Shown one piece after another: positions 18,014 through 25,633 of a DNA stretch of 26,944 nt. The position numbers and the translations under genes were made by a program. The stretch is from an uncultured bacterium (GTDB lineage Bacteria > Fidelibacterota > Marinisomatia > SCGC-AAA003-L08 > D37C17), in assembly GCA_964406825.1 (NCBI GenBank), contig CAYOTG010000001.1:1-26944 (forward strand), written 5' to 3'. How positions within the stretch are numbered: the stretch's first letter is position 1; the number at the start of each line of letters is the position of its first letter. The notes under the pieces were generated by a model. The model worked only from the letters and a program-made list of their open reading frames with translations, was not told the DNA's origin and ran no database searches.

Positions 18014-21013
18014 TTAATATCTAATTTCTATTCCTATTTTAATTGATCTTGGAGCACCGTAATGAGTTGGGTCCTGATAAGTATCTTCAATTGTTGTGTA
18101 ATTATTTCTAAAGGAAGCCTCGCTGGATTCACTCAGAATAGCACTGTATGCCCTCCCTGTTTGACTATTAACCGTATATTCATTAAGAGTGTCAAATAGG
18201 TTATATACTTCAAATGTTAATCTAGCATTAATAACAGGTATATTATAATAGCTAGCCAAATTGATTAAATAATTTGATGGTTTATATGCATTATTAGGTT
18301 CTAAATTTATTTCAGCAAGTGCATTTTCAGATATTGGTTCAAATGTAAATGCGGTACCTGAGTTAAAGTAAGCACTTACGGTTGTCCCAAATTTTTCTTT
18401 ATTATATCCAAATGTTACATTAAATGTATGCCTCTGGTCCCAGCTTAAGGGTAAAAGACGTGTTAAAGGATCTTTATTTTCTCCTTCTCTATCAAATGAT
18501 GATTGAGGAGAATCTGCAATCCCTTTGGTATGTTGATAGGTATAGTTTGCTAAAAAACTTAATGGTCCGTTCTGATAATCAAAAATCAACTCTATTCCTC
18601 TTGCATTCCCATAATCTTTATTTGCGTACAAACCATATTTAACTTCTCTTAATGTTTGAATTGTTGTTGTTGTTAATAAATTATATATATCTTTATTAAA
18701 TATTACAATTTCATAGCTCATAGAGTTATTAATTTCTTCCCAATATCCAAATTCATAATTGACTGTTTTTTCTGCTTTTAAATTAGGATTCCCAAGTATT
18801 ATCTGATAATCATTTGATGGTATTGTCCAATCAGAATTAGCATACATTGCATACAGTGGGGGCATCTGGAAAAAATGGCCATAACTAAATCGTACCAATG
18901 CATCATCTATTTGATAGGATAAAGCAAAGCGTGGGCTTATTTGATAATTAACCTCTGATTTTAATGGTATACTTCCAAAAATAGTTATATCACAATCTTC
19001 ATTTGGAATCCAATCTGGATTTAATAAATTTCCAAAATCATCGAGTTCCGGTTCACAATAAGAGGCGTAATATGCATTATCAGGATCTTGGTAATTTGAA
19101 GGATAGTAAGTATTTGGATCGAACATATCATACCTTAATCCAAAATTGATTACCATATAACTGAATTCCATTTTATCTTGAATATATGCAGAATATTCAT
19201 AAGATTTTATATCATATTCTTCAGCAAAAGGGCTTGATGGGTCCCCCTCATCAATTGTTGGTATATAATCAGAATAATCATCAGGATTAGCATCTTTTAT
19301 TGTATAGTGCCTTATTGATAAATCATGAGTAAAATTATCAAGTCCAAATTTTAAATTATGTACAGAATTTATTTGGGAATTAAAATCAAATTTAAAATTA
19401 AAATCATTAATTGTTTTATTATTATGAACTTTATCATGTCCTCCTTGCAAAAAACTAGATTCACTAACAGTATATTCATCAGCAACATATCTTGAATCAA
19501 AAGGATCCTCATAAACATATGTTCCATCTTTTTTATTATTATAAGAAAGTTTTAAATCCATAAAAGATGAAGAACTGAACATATAATTAATAAATAATGA
19601 ATAGAAATTATTTTTAGAATGATTTGTTGCTCTTGAATCAGGTGAATATTTATAAAAATTATACCCATCTATTATTGAACTTTCATACTGATTGAATGAA
19701 TTCATTAATGAAAATTTTAAATTAATAGATGGTTTAAAGGTTAATTTTGTTAACATTGATGAAGCAATAAAATTATTCATAGGAACAAAATTATCTTCTT
19801 TTAATCTGATTTGAGCAGGTATAAAACGTGCTGTTCTTCCATAGTAATTTCCAAGATCAATACATCCGATCTCATCTATTAAAGATTGTGCGCCACTATA
19901 AAAAAGAAGGTATTCTTCTTCTTCATTAATTGGAATAAATTCACAATCTCCATATTGGATACATTCAAATTCTTCCATAATATGCTCCCCTGTTTCAGGA
20001 TTATAAATCTCGCCACCTTTTGAATTGGAGCAATAAGTTTCAATGACGTGTGATCCTGAATGTTCTGAATAATAATTTGAAGGGTTATCGTACATAAAAT
20101 CACTTTGGTCCTCAACGTTAAAAAAATCATACCCATTTAAATGTCCTAGATTATTTTGATATCTAGAATTCACGAAAAATGTTAATTTATTTTTAATAAT
20201 TGGACCACTAAATTGAAAATTATAATCTTGATTCAGATTAACGATAGGGTTATCAAGTCCAATAAAGATATTATTGTTAGATGATAAGTAGTTTTCATAC
20301 CTAGTAGAAAAAGAACTCTCGAATTTATTACCACCATCCTTTGTAACCTGATTCACTACACCACTCATAGCTCTTCCATATTCGGCATTGAAGGTTCCAG
20401 TGATAATTTCTAAATCTCGTAAGACACTAGGTTCTAAATATACTGTTTGAAAGTCTCGTCCATATGTATCATCAGTTCGCATACCATCAACTAAATAGGT
20501 GACTTCTGTATTTCTCCCACCTCTAAAATGCCCATCTACAATACCTGCTTGCATTGTAACAATAGATTGAACATCTTTAATTGGGAGAATATCTATTTGT
20601 TCCCCAGATATATTTTTTATTGTTCCTGATTGATCTTTTTTTGTGGAAATTTTTGAAGCTGTAACAATTACTTCTTCCCCTTCGATAAAGGATTCTTCCA
20701 TTTGAGCATCAATACTTGTTGTTTTATTTACAGATACAATAACATTTTCAACTATAATTGATTTAAAGCCAATCATGTTAATTTTTAAATTATAGGTTCC
20801 TGGATACAAATTAAGAATATAATAGAACCCTTCATAGTCAGTAGCAATACCAACACCAGTTTCAATAATTGAAACACTAGCTCCAATTATTGGTTCGTTA
20901 TTGGAATCAGATATAATCCCAGATATTTTTCCTGTTGTTTGACTATAAAGACTACATACAAAAAAAAATATAACTAAATTTTTATATTTTTTATTTTGTA
21001 TGATTTTAGCCAC
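18014..21013 (-). CDS. TonB-dependent receptor with N-terminal carboxypeptidase-regulatory-like domain, paralogue of 2144-5017, 999 aa
   Basis: GTG start (exact start uncertain). Signal peptide, TTGKISGIISD, FRGGRNTEVTYLVDG, TGTFNAEYGRAMSGVVN, GLRYDMFDP, FSYGHFFQMP, GNPNLKAEKT. Ends SIKIGIEIRY. Confidence 0.93.
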   Translation of the reverse strand: MAKIIQNKKYKNLVIFFFVCSLYSQTTGKISGIISDSNNEPIIGASVSIIETGVGIATDYEGFYYILNLYPGTYNLKINMIGFKSIIVENVIVSVNKTTSIDAQMEESFIEGEEVIVTASKISTKKDQSGTIKNISGEQIDILPIKDVQSIVTMQAGIVDGHFRGGRNTEVTYLVDGMRTDDTYGRDFQTVYLEPSVLRDLEIITGTFNAEYGRAMSGVVNQVTKDGGNKFESSFSTRYENYLSSNNNIFIGLDNPIVNLNQDYNFQFSGPIIKNKLTFFVNSRYQNNLGHLNGYDFFNVEDQSDFMYDNPSNYYSEHSGSHVIETYCSNSKGGEIYNPETGEHIMEEFECIQYGDCEFIPINEEEEYLLFYSGAQSLIDEIGCIDLGNYYGRTARFIPAQIRLKEDNFVPMNNFIASSMLTKLTFKPSINLKFSLMNSFNQYESSIIDGYNFYKYSPDSRATNHSKNNFYSLFINYMFSSSSFMDLKLSYNNKKDGTYVYEDPFDSRYVADEYTVSESSFLQGGHDKVHNNKTINDFNFKFDFNSQINSVHNLKFGLDNFTHDLSIRHYTIKDANPDDYSDYIPTIDEGDPSSPFAEEYDIKSYEYSAYIQDKMEFSYMVINFGLRYDMFDPNTYYPSNYQDPDNAYYASYCEPELDDFGNLLNPDWIPNEDCDITIFGSIPLKSEVNYQISPRFALSYQIDDALVRFSYGHFFQMPPLYAMYANSDWTIPSNDYQIILGNPNLKAEKTVNYEFGYWEEINNSMSYEIVIFNKDIYNLLTTTTIQTLREVKYGLYANKDYGNARGIELIFDYQNGPLSFLANYTYQHTKGIADSPQSSFDREGENKDPLTRLLPLSWDQRHTFNVTFGYNKEKFGTTVSAYFNSGTAFTFEPISENALAEINLEPNNAYKPSNYLINLASYYNIPVINARLTFEVYNLFDTLNEYTVNSQTGRAYSAILSESSEASFRNNYTTIEDTYQDPTHYGAPRSIKIGIEIRY

Positions 21014-23900
21014 CTAAAATAATGCCAACAATAGCAACAACATCAACCACGTTTACTATTCCATCTTCATTTATATCTGCTGCACATATATCTAAATCTG
21101 TACTATTGCCTAATATATATCCAACGATAGCAACAACATCAACAACATTTAAAATATCATCACCACTAACATCACCATTTGCTATACAGGTATCGTCTTC
21201 ACAAACTCCATCACATATTTGCACATCATCAAAATAATATGTTTCTCCCATACCTTCCATTCCAAAATTGAAGAAGATAGATGCCATGTTATAAGTCCAA
21301 CCGTAATCTAATCCAGCACTTAAAGATTCTGTGCCAGGTGCTTGATTTGTGAAGTCAAATTCTAAAATCTGCCAACCTGAAATAGTGGTATTAGTTTCTG
21401 TTTCACAAGTGTGCGTAGGGTCATTTGAGTCTTCGACTTTCAAGCGTATAGGCGTCCCCACTTGAGGAGACCAAACTCTAACTGCCATTACTGAGTTAGA
21501 CAAAGTCAATGGAATATTTGTTGCAAAACCTGCAGGAGTACCGATGGTCGTTCCAGCCCATGTTTCTGCACCATTAGTTTTGATAACTTCAATAGCCATA
21601 TTATTAGCGTCATATGGATCAGTTACCAAGGAAGATACGTTCCCTCCAAAATCTGTCATGGTATAATTTATTGTTGACCCTTCGAAATCTACAGGTAAAT
21701 CAATTTGTGTGATTTCATCCACGCAAAAACCATCTTCACACACGGAACCTTCATCGCATATAACATCATCACATGCATCAGTTGAATCGCCACACGTTTC
21801 CTCACAACTTCCTGCACAATAAGCAACCGTCAAATCCTCGCCACCCACTGTAAATCCATAGTTAGGATACTCATCACTTGTATCAAAATCACAATCAGAG
21901 CCTAAGGTTGGTTGTAGTATAGTTGAACTTGCCCAAATATCATACCACCATCCATCTCCATTTGCACATAAAATTACAAATTCATAGTCCCCATCTTGGA
22001 GTGATGCTTGCATGCCATTATCTGTATGAGCGCCCCAACCAGACCAGTTATCAAAACTTCCTGTAACACTCACAAATTCACAATCATCAACACCATCAAT
22101 ATCAAAAGTCACTTGATGTGTTTCAGAAGTCTCGTCGCATGTTTCCTCACAACTTCCTGCGCAATAAGCAACAGTTAAATTTTCACCATTTACAGTAAAA
22201 CCATAGTTAGGATATTCATCATTTGGATCAAAATCACAATCAGAACCAGCTGGAGCTTGATACTGAGTTGATGCTGACCATATGTCATTCCACCATTCAC
22301 CTGAAGTGTCAACACACAATATTGTAAATTCATAATCACCCTCTTCTAAGCTTATAGTCCAATTATTATCATTGGTTGCGCCCCATCCATCCCAATTGGA
22401 AAAGCTTCCAGTAATACTGACAAAACCACACTCATCTAATCCATCTATATCAAAAGTCACTTGATATGTTCCGCCTTCACCGGCACTACATGAGTTAAAG
22501 GTTACTATGCTGGCATCTAATGGTTCCAAAACACAATCACCATTATCATTTAATTCGCAGCTGGGAACTTGAAATTCTCTATTATTACAATCATTACCAG
22601 GAGAATCACAATTTGACTCTGGATTATTTCCACAAGCTCCTATTCCTTCATCACTCTCAATTTCTGATCCATTAACGAATTTGTATTCAATAATATCATC
22701 ACTAAGAACATTAATAGTTGCTGAATAAATACCATCCCCATCTAAATCTTGCATTTGGGTTGGTAATAATAGAGTTTGCCAAGGTAATGTTTGAAAATTA
22801 CCTATCATATAAACATCTTCAATAACATCTTCATTATTCATATCAACATGAAATGTGACATCAACTGGAGTTGGAGGTTGACATCCATTATCCCAACAAG
22901 TTCCAAAACAATAGGGTCCAATCATTAAATCTTGTCCTTCTTCTAATACAAAGCCATAGTTTCCAAATTGGTCATCTGGTAACCAATCACAACTACTGCC
23001 TACAGGAGCTCCTCCTTGTAAACCATCCCATCCATTTGTAGTAAATAAATATTCGTATTCACCAATAGGAATTTCAAGAGTCAACTCCCAAATACCATCC
23101 TCGTTTACATCACTCATAGGATTACATGCTCCACACCATCCATTAAATGTCCCATTTACATATACTGTTTCATCATTGGATAACCCTTGCTGAACTTCCT
23201 GTGACATATCAACCTGAAATGTAACATTAGAAAATACTGATTCAATACATTCTTCGCTACAAGATCCAAAACATACAGACTCTACAACAGTATCTTCAAA
23301 AACAGTAATTTCTCTATCAGCCCATTGTCCTACGGCACAATCTTGCCCTAACAAATCTTCCCAGCCAGATCCAGTATTCCAGTATGGCCAGTGCCCGTTA
23401 CGAAATTTATATGTATATGTTCCAGGGTCTAGCGCTATGGTATAAGACCAGACTCCATCTCCATCTTCATCAGTCATAATAAAACCAGGATCAGGATAAA
23501 ATGCTCCCATCCATAAGGTTGGCCCTTCGCCTGGTGTTATGTCTTCTTGAGACATATTTACATTAAAAGTAACCATAACAGGTTCTTGCTCAAGAGCTCC
23601 TTCATCAATCCATAAAGCAATCAAATCAATTTCTTCTTGCGATAAAGAACCCTGTGGTGGCATATTACCAGGAACACCTTCAGGTCTTGTTATACGATCA
23701 TATAATTCACTCGAGGCATGATTACCAGGGATAATTACATCGTTTAACATTAAATCATCGTAGCTTGATAAATTAAGTCCTCCTGAAGAATTATCTAAGT
23801 GACAATTGCCACAATTATTATCAAAAATGGGTTGTATCTCTTCTGTGTAATCAACTGCAAAAATTGTTGTTATAAATATTGATAAAAACATTGCTTTCAT
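21006..23900 (-). CDS. Secreted multidomain protein: N-terminal c-type cytochrome (planctomycete cytochrome C-like), five CBM20/48-like modules, Cys-rich linker, beta-sandwich CBM-like domain, dockerin; 964 aa
   Basis: RBS AAAGGAG. Signal peptide. CGNCH heme motif (23813-23799) and distal MPP (23663-23655) within VDY..IQPIF..NC..CH...GGL...IIPG...S.L..RI...MPP...LS.EEI.LI..WI.EGA. Modules begin VTFNVNM, VTFQVDM, VTFHVDM and VTFDIDG (twice). Dockerin at 21188-21009. Confidence 0.82.
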   Translation of the reverse strand: MKAMFLSIFITTIFAVDYTEEIQPIFDNNCGNCHLDNSSGGLNLSSYDDLMLNDVIIPGNHASSELYDRITRPEGVPGNMPPQGSLSQEEIDLIALWIDEGALEQEPVMVTFNVNMSQEDITPGEGPTLWMGAFYPDPGFIMTDEDGDGVWSYTIALDPGTYTYKFRNGHWPYWNTGSGWEDLLGQDCAVGQWADREITVFEDTVVESVCFGSCSEECIESVFSNVTFQVDMSQEVQQGLSNDETVYVNGTFNGWCGACNPMSDVNEDGIWELTLEIPIGEYEYLFTTNGWDGLQGGAPVGSSCDWLPDDQFGNYGFVLEEGQDLMIGPYCFGTCWDNGCQPPTPVDVTFHVDMNNEDVIEDVYMIGNFQTLPWQTLLLPTQMQDLDGDGIYSATINVLSDDIIEYKFVNGSEIESDEGIGACGNNPESNCDSPGNDCNNREFQVPSCELNDNGDCVLEPLDASIVTFNSCSAGEGGTYQVTFDIDGLDECGFVSITGSFSNWDGWGATNDNNWTISLEEGDYEFTILCVDTSGEWWNDIWSASTQYQAPAGSDCDFDPNDEYPNYGFTVNGENLTVAYCAGSCEETCDETSETHQVTFDIDGVDDCEFVSVTGSFDNWSGWGAHTDNGMQASLQDGDYEFVILCANGDGWWYDIWASSTILQPTLGSDCDFDTSDEYPNYGFTVGGEDLTVAYCAGSCEETCGDSTDACDDVICDEGSVCEDGFCVDEITQIDLPVDFEGSTINYTMTDFGGNVSSLVTDPYDANNMAIEVIKTNGAETWAGTTIGTPAGFATNIPLTLSNSVMAVRVWSPQVGTPIRLKVEDSNDPTHTCETETNTTISGWQILEFDFTNQAPGTESLSAGLDYGWTYNMASIFFNFGMEGMGETYYFDDVQICDGVCEDDTCIANGDVSGDDILNVVDVVAIVGYILGNSTDLDICAADINEDGIVNVVDVVAIVGIILGG
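21009..21188 (-). other. Dockerin-like domain 3
   Basis: C-IANGDVSGDDILNVVDVVAIVGYIL ... C-AADINEDGIVNVVDVVAIVGIIL. Confidence 0.85.
21791..22463 (-). repeat. Tandem intragenic duplication of a ~116-aa module (period 345-348 nt)
   Basis: QVTFDIDG..C.FVS.TGSF.NW.GWGA...GDYEF.ILC...WW.DIW...GSDCDFD..DEYPNYGFTV.GE.LTVAYCAGSCEETC occurs twice. The DNA 20-mer gtttcctcacaacttcctgc is identical at 21796 and 22141. Confidence 0.93.
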
Positions 23901-23906
23901 AAGTTT

Positions 23907-23913
23907 CTCCTTT
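23907..23913 (-). promoter_or_regulatory. Shine-Dalgarno site for the cytochrome-CBM-dockerin gene
   Basis: AAAGGAG, 6 nt upstream of the ATG at 23900. Confidence 0.75.
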
Positions 23914-23929
23914 ATATTAACTTTTTTAA

Positions 23930-25531
23930 TTAACTAAATGTGTACCATATTAGTAAGACGGATATAATCAGTATACTTGTCAAAATCTTATCTGTATTCA
24001 AACTCTTTGGATCTTCATTACTACTTTTTGATTCATAAATCACATCTTTAATTTTTTCATAATCAGGTTCATCCGTCATATAACTAATTATAATCATAAC
24101 AATTGAACAAATTAAAAATAGATATAAAGCAAAATGTAAAAAATGTGGTGATGTTAACATATTGCTATATCCCATGATTTCACTTATAAGCCTAGCAACA
24201 CCTAAAAGTGCCCCTAATCCAAAAGCGGCCATTACTCCCTGGGAATTAATTCGTTTGATAAACAATCCAAGTAAAAATGCTGCAGCAATAGGTGGAGAAA
24301 TATAAGCCTGGATTCCTTGAATATATTGAAATAATCCTCCAGATGACAATGATTTTTGAAACGGTATCCAAAGCATTCCTGATACCACTAAAACACCTGT
24401 TGCAATTTGCCCAACTCTAACCAAGTGTTTCTCAGATTTTTCAGGATTATATTTTTTATATATATCCCATGTTATAAGCGTTGAGCATGAATTAAATACG
24501 GAAGAAAGAGAGCTCATCAATGCTGATAATATACCTGCAGCTACAAGGCCTCTTAATCCAACAGGCAAAAGGAATTGAACCATTGCAGGTAGTGTCCCAG
24601 CACTAATTGCATTTCCATCGGCATCCAACGCTAATTTAAATGCTGAATTAGGATCATTATGCAAGGTATAGGCTATCATTCCTGGAATTACAAAAATAAA
24701 CATAGGCGTTAATTTTAAGAATCCCGCAAAGATTGTAGCTTTTCTACCTGTGCTTTCATCTTTTGCAGCTAAAACTCTTTGAACTATAAATTGATCGGTA
24801 CACCAATACCAAATTCCTAGAATAGGAGCTCCAAATAAAATGGCAGTCCATGGATAATCAGCATCTGATGCAGATCTCCATAGGCTCATAAAACCTTCTC
24901 CAGAAGTAGCAACCATGTTTCCCCAACCTCCAACAGCGTTAAGTCCAAAAATGGTTACTAATATTGAGCCTCCAAGAAGAAGGAACATTTGAATGGTATC
25001 TGTATATATAACGGCTTTAAGTCCACCTAATATTGTATATAGACCAGTTACGATTACAACAATAATAGCTCCTGTCCAAAAATCAATGCCTAATAAACTC
25101 TCGAATACTATGGCTCCAGCAAATATTGTTACTGATATTTTTGTGATTACATAAGCAAAGATTGAAACGAGAGATAAGTACATACGTGCACCTGGAGAAA
25201 ACCTTTTTTCTAAAAATTCTGGCATTGTTGTAACACCACTTTTTTTATAAAATGGAACAAAAACCCATCCGAGTATTAATAGCATAAATGCTGCAAGAAT
25301 TTCAAATTGTGATTCAATAAGCCCTTTTTTAAAACCACTTTCAGCAAGTCCTACTAAATGTTCAGAGCCTATATTAGAAGCAAATAGAGAAGCTCCTATA
25401 ACAAACCATCCTAGATTCCGATTTGCTAGAAAATATTGAGAGGTATCATCCTTACTCCTTGATGAATATATCCCAACACCCAAAATAACTGCAAAGTATA
25501 GACCTACAACAAAATAATCCAAAAATTCCAT
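23930..25531 (-). CDS. Sodium:solute symporter (SSS family), SGLT-like Na+/sugar cotransporter, 533 aa
   Basis: YFLANRNLGWFVIGASLFASNIGSEHLVGLA, TTMPEFLEKRF, GGLKAVIYTD, WYWCTDQFIVQRVLAA, SSLSSVFNSCSTL. Many hydrophobic helices. RBS AGGAG. Confidence 0.95.
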   Translation of the reverse strand: MEFLDYFVVGLYFAVILGVGIYSSRSKDDTSQYFLANRNLGWFVIGASLFASNIGSEHLVGLAESGFKKGLIESQFEILAAFMLLILGWVFVPFYKKSGVTTMPEFLEKRFSPGARMYLSLVSIFAYVITKISVTIFAGAIVFESLLGIDFWTGAIIVVIVTGLYTILGGLKAVIYTDTIQMFLLLGGSILVTIFGLNAVGGWGNMVATSGEGFMSLWRSASDADYPWTAILFGAPILGIWYWCTDQFIVQRVLAAKDESTGRKATIFAGFLKLTPMFIFVIPGMIAYTLHNDPNSAFKLALDADGNAISAGTLPAMVQFLLPVGLRGLVAAGILSALMSSLSSVFNSCSTLITWDIYKKYNPEKSEKHLVRVGQIATGVLVVSGMLWIPFQKSLSSGGLFQYIQGIQAYISPPIAAAFLLGLFIKRINSQGVMAAFGLGALLGVARLISEIMGYSNMLTSPHFLHFALYLFLICSIVMIIISYMTDEPDYEKIKDVIYESKSSNEDPKSLNTDKILTSILIISVLLIWYTFS

Positions 25532-25536
25532 AGTTA

Positions 25537-25541
25537 CTCCT
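25537..25541 (-). promoter_or_regulatory. Shine-Dalgarno site for the symporter
   Basis: AGGAG, 5 nt upstream of the ATG at 25531. Confidence 0.7.
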
Positions 25542-25624
25542 AGATATTATAATTTAAATTAGAGCTATTAATATAATGATAATTATAATTATTATCCCAA
25601 CAGGTTTATTAATTAAATTTAAAA
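25542..25624. promoter_or_regulatory. Divergent promoter region between the symporter operon and GH3
   Basis: Position between divergent genes. TATAAT on + at 25548, 25572 and 25584, and on - at 25551-25546 and 25587-25582. A 14-bp palindrome ATAATTATAATTAT lies at 25579-25592. The region is very AT-rich, so individual boxes are weak evidence. Confidence 0.45.
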
Positions 25625-25630
25625 AGAGGA
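25625..25630 (+). promoter_or_regulatory. Shine-Dalgarno site for GH3
   Basis: AGAGGA, 3 nt upstream of the ATG at 25634 (short spacing). Confidence 0.5.
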
Positions 25631-25633
25631 AAC

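Noticed and set aside
20960-20968. T9 tract in the signal peptide of receptor 2 as a phase-variation site
   Set aside because: It is in frame, encodes an ordinary Phe run, and such runs are common at this AT content.
21022-21237. 71-aa + strand ORF with an internal repeat (PTIATTSTTF twice)
   Set aside because: It is the antisense shadow of the duplicated dockerin.
2-23900. Calling the locus a cellulosome
   Set aside because: No cohesin, scaffoldin or cellulase is recognisable; dockerins alone are insufficient.
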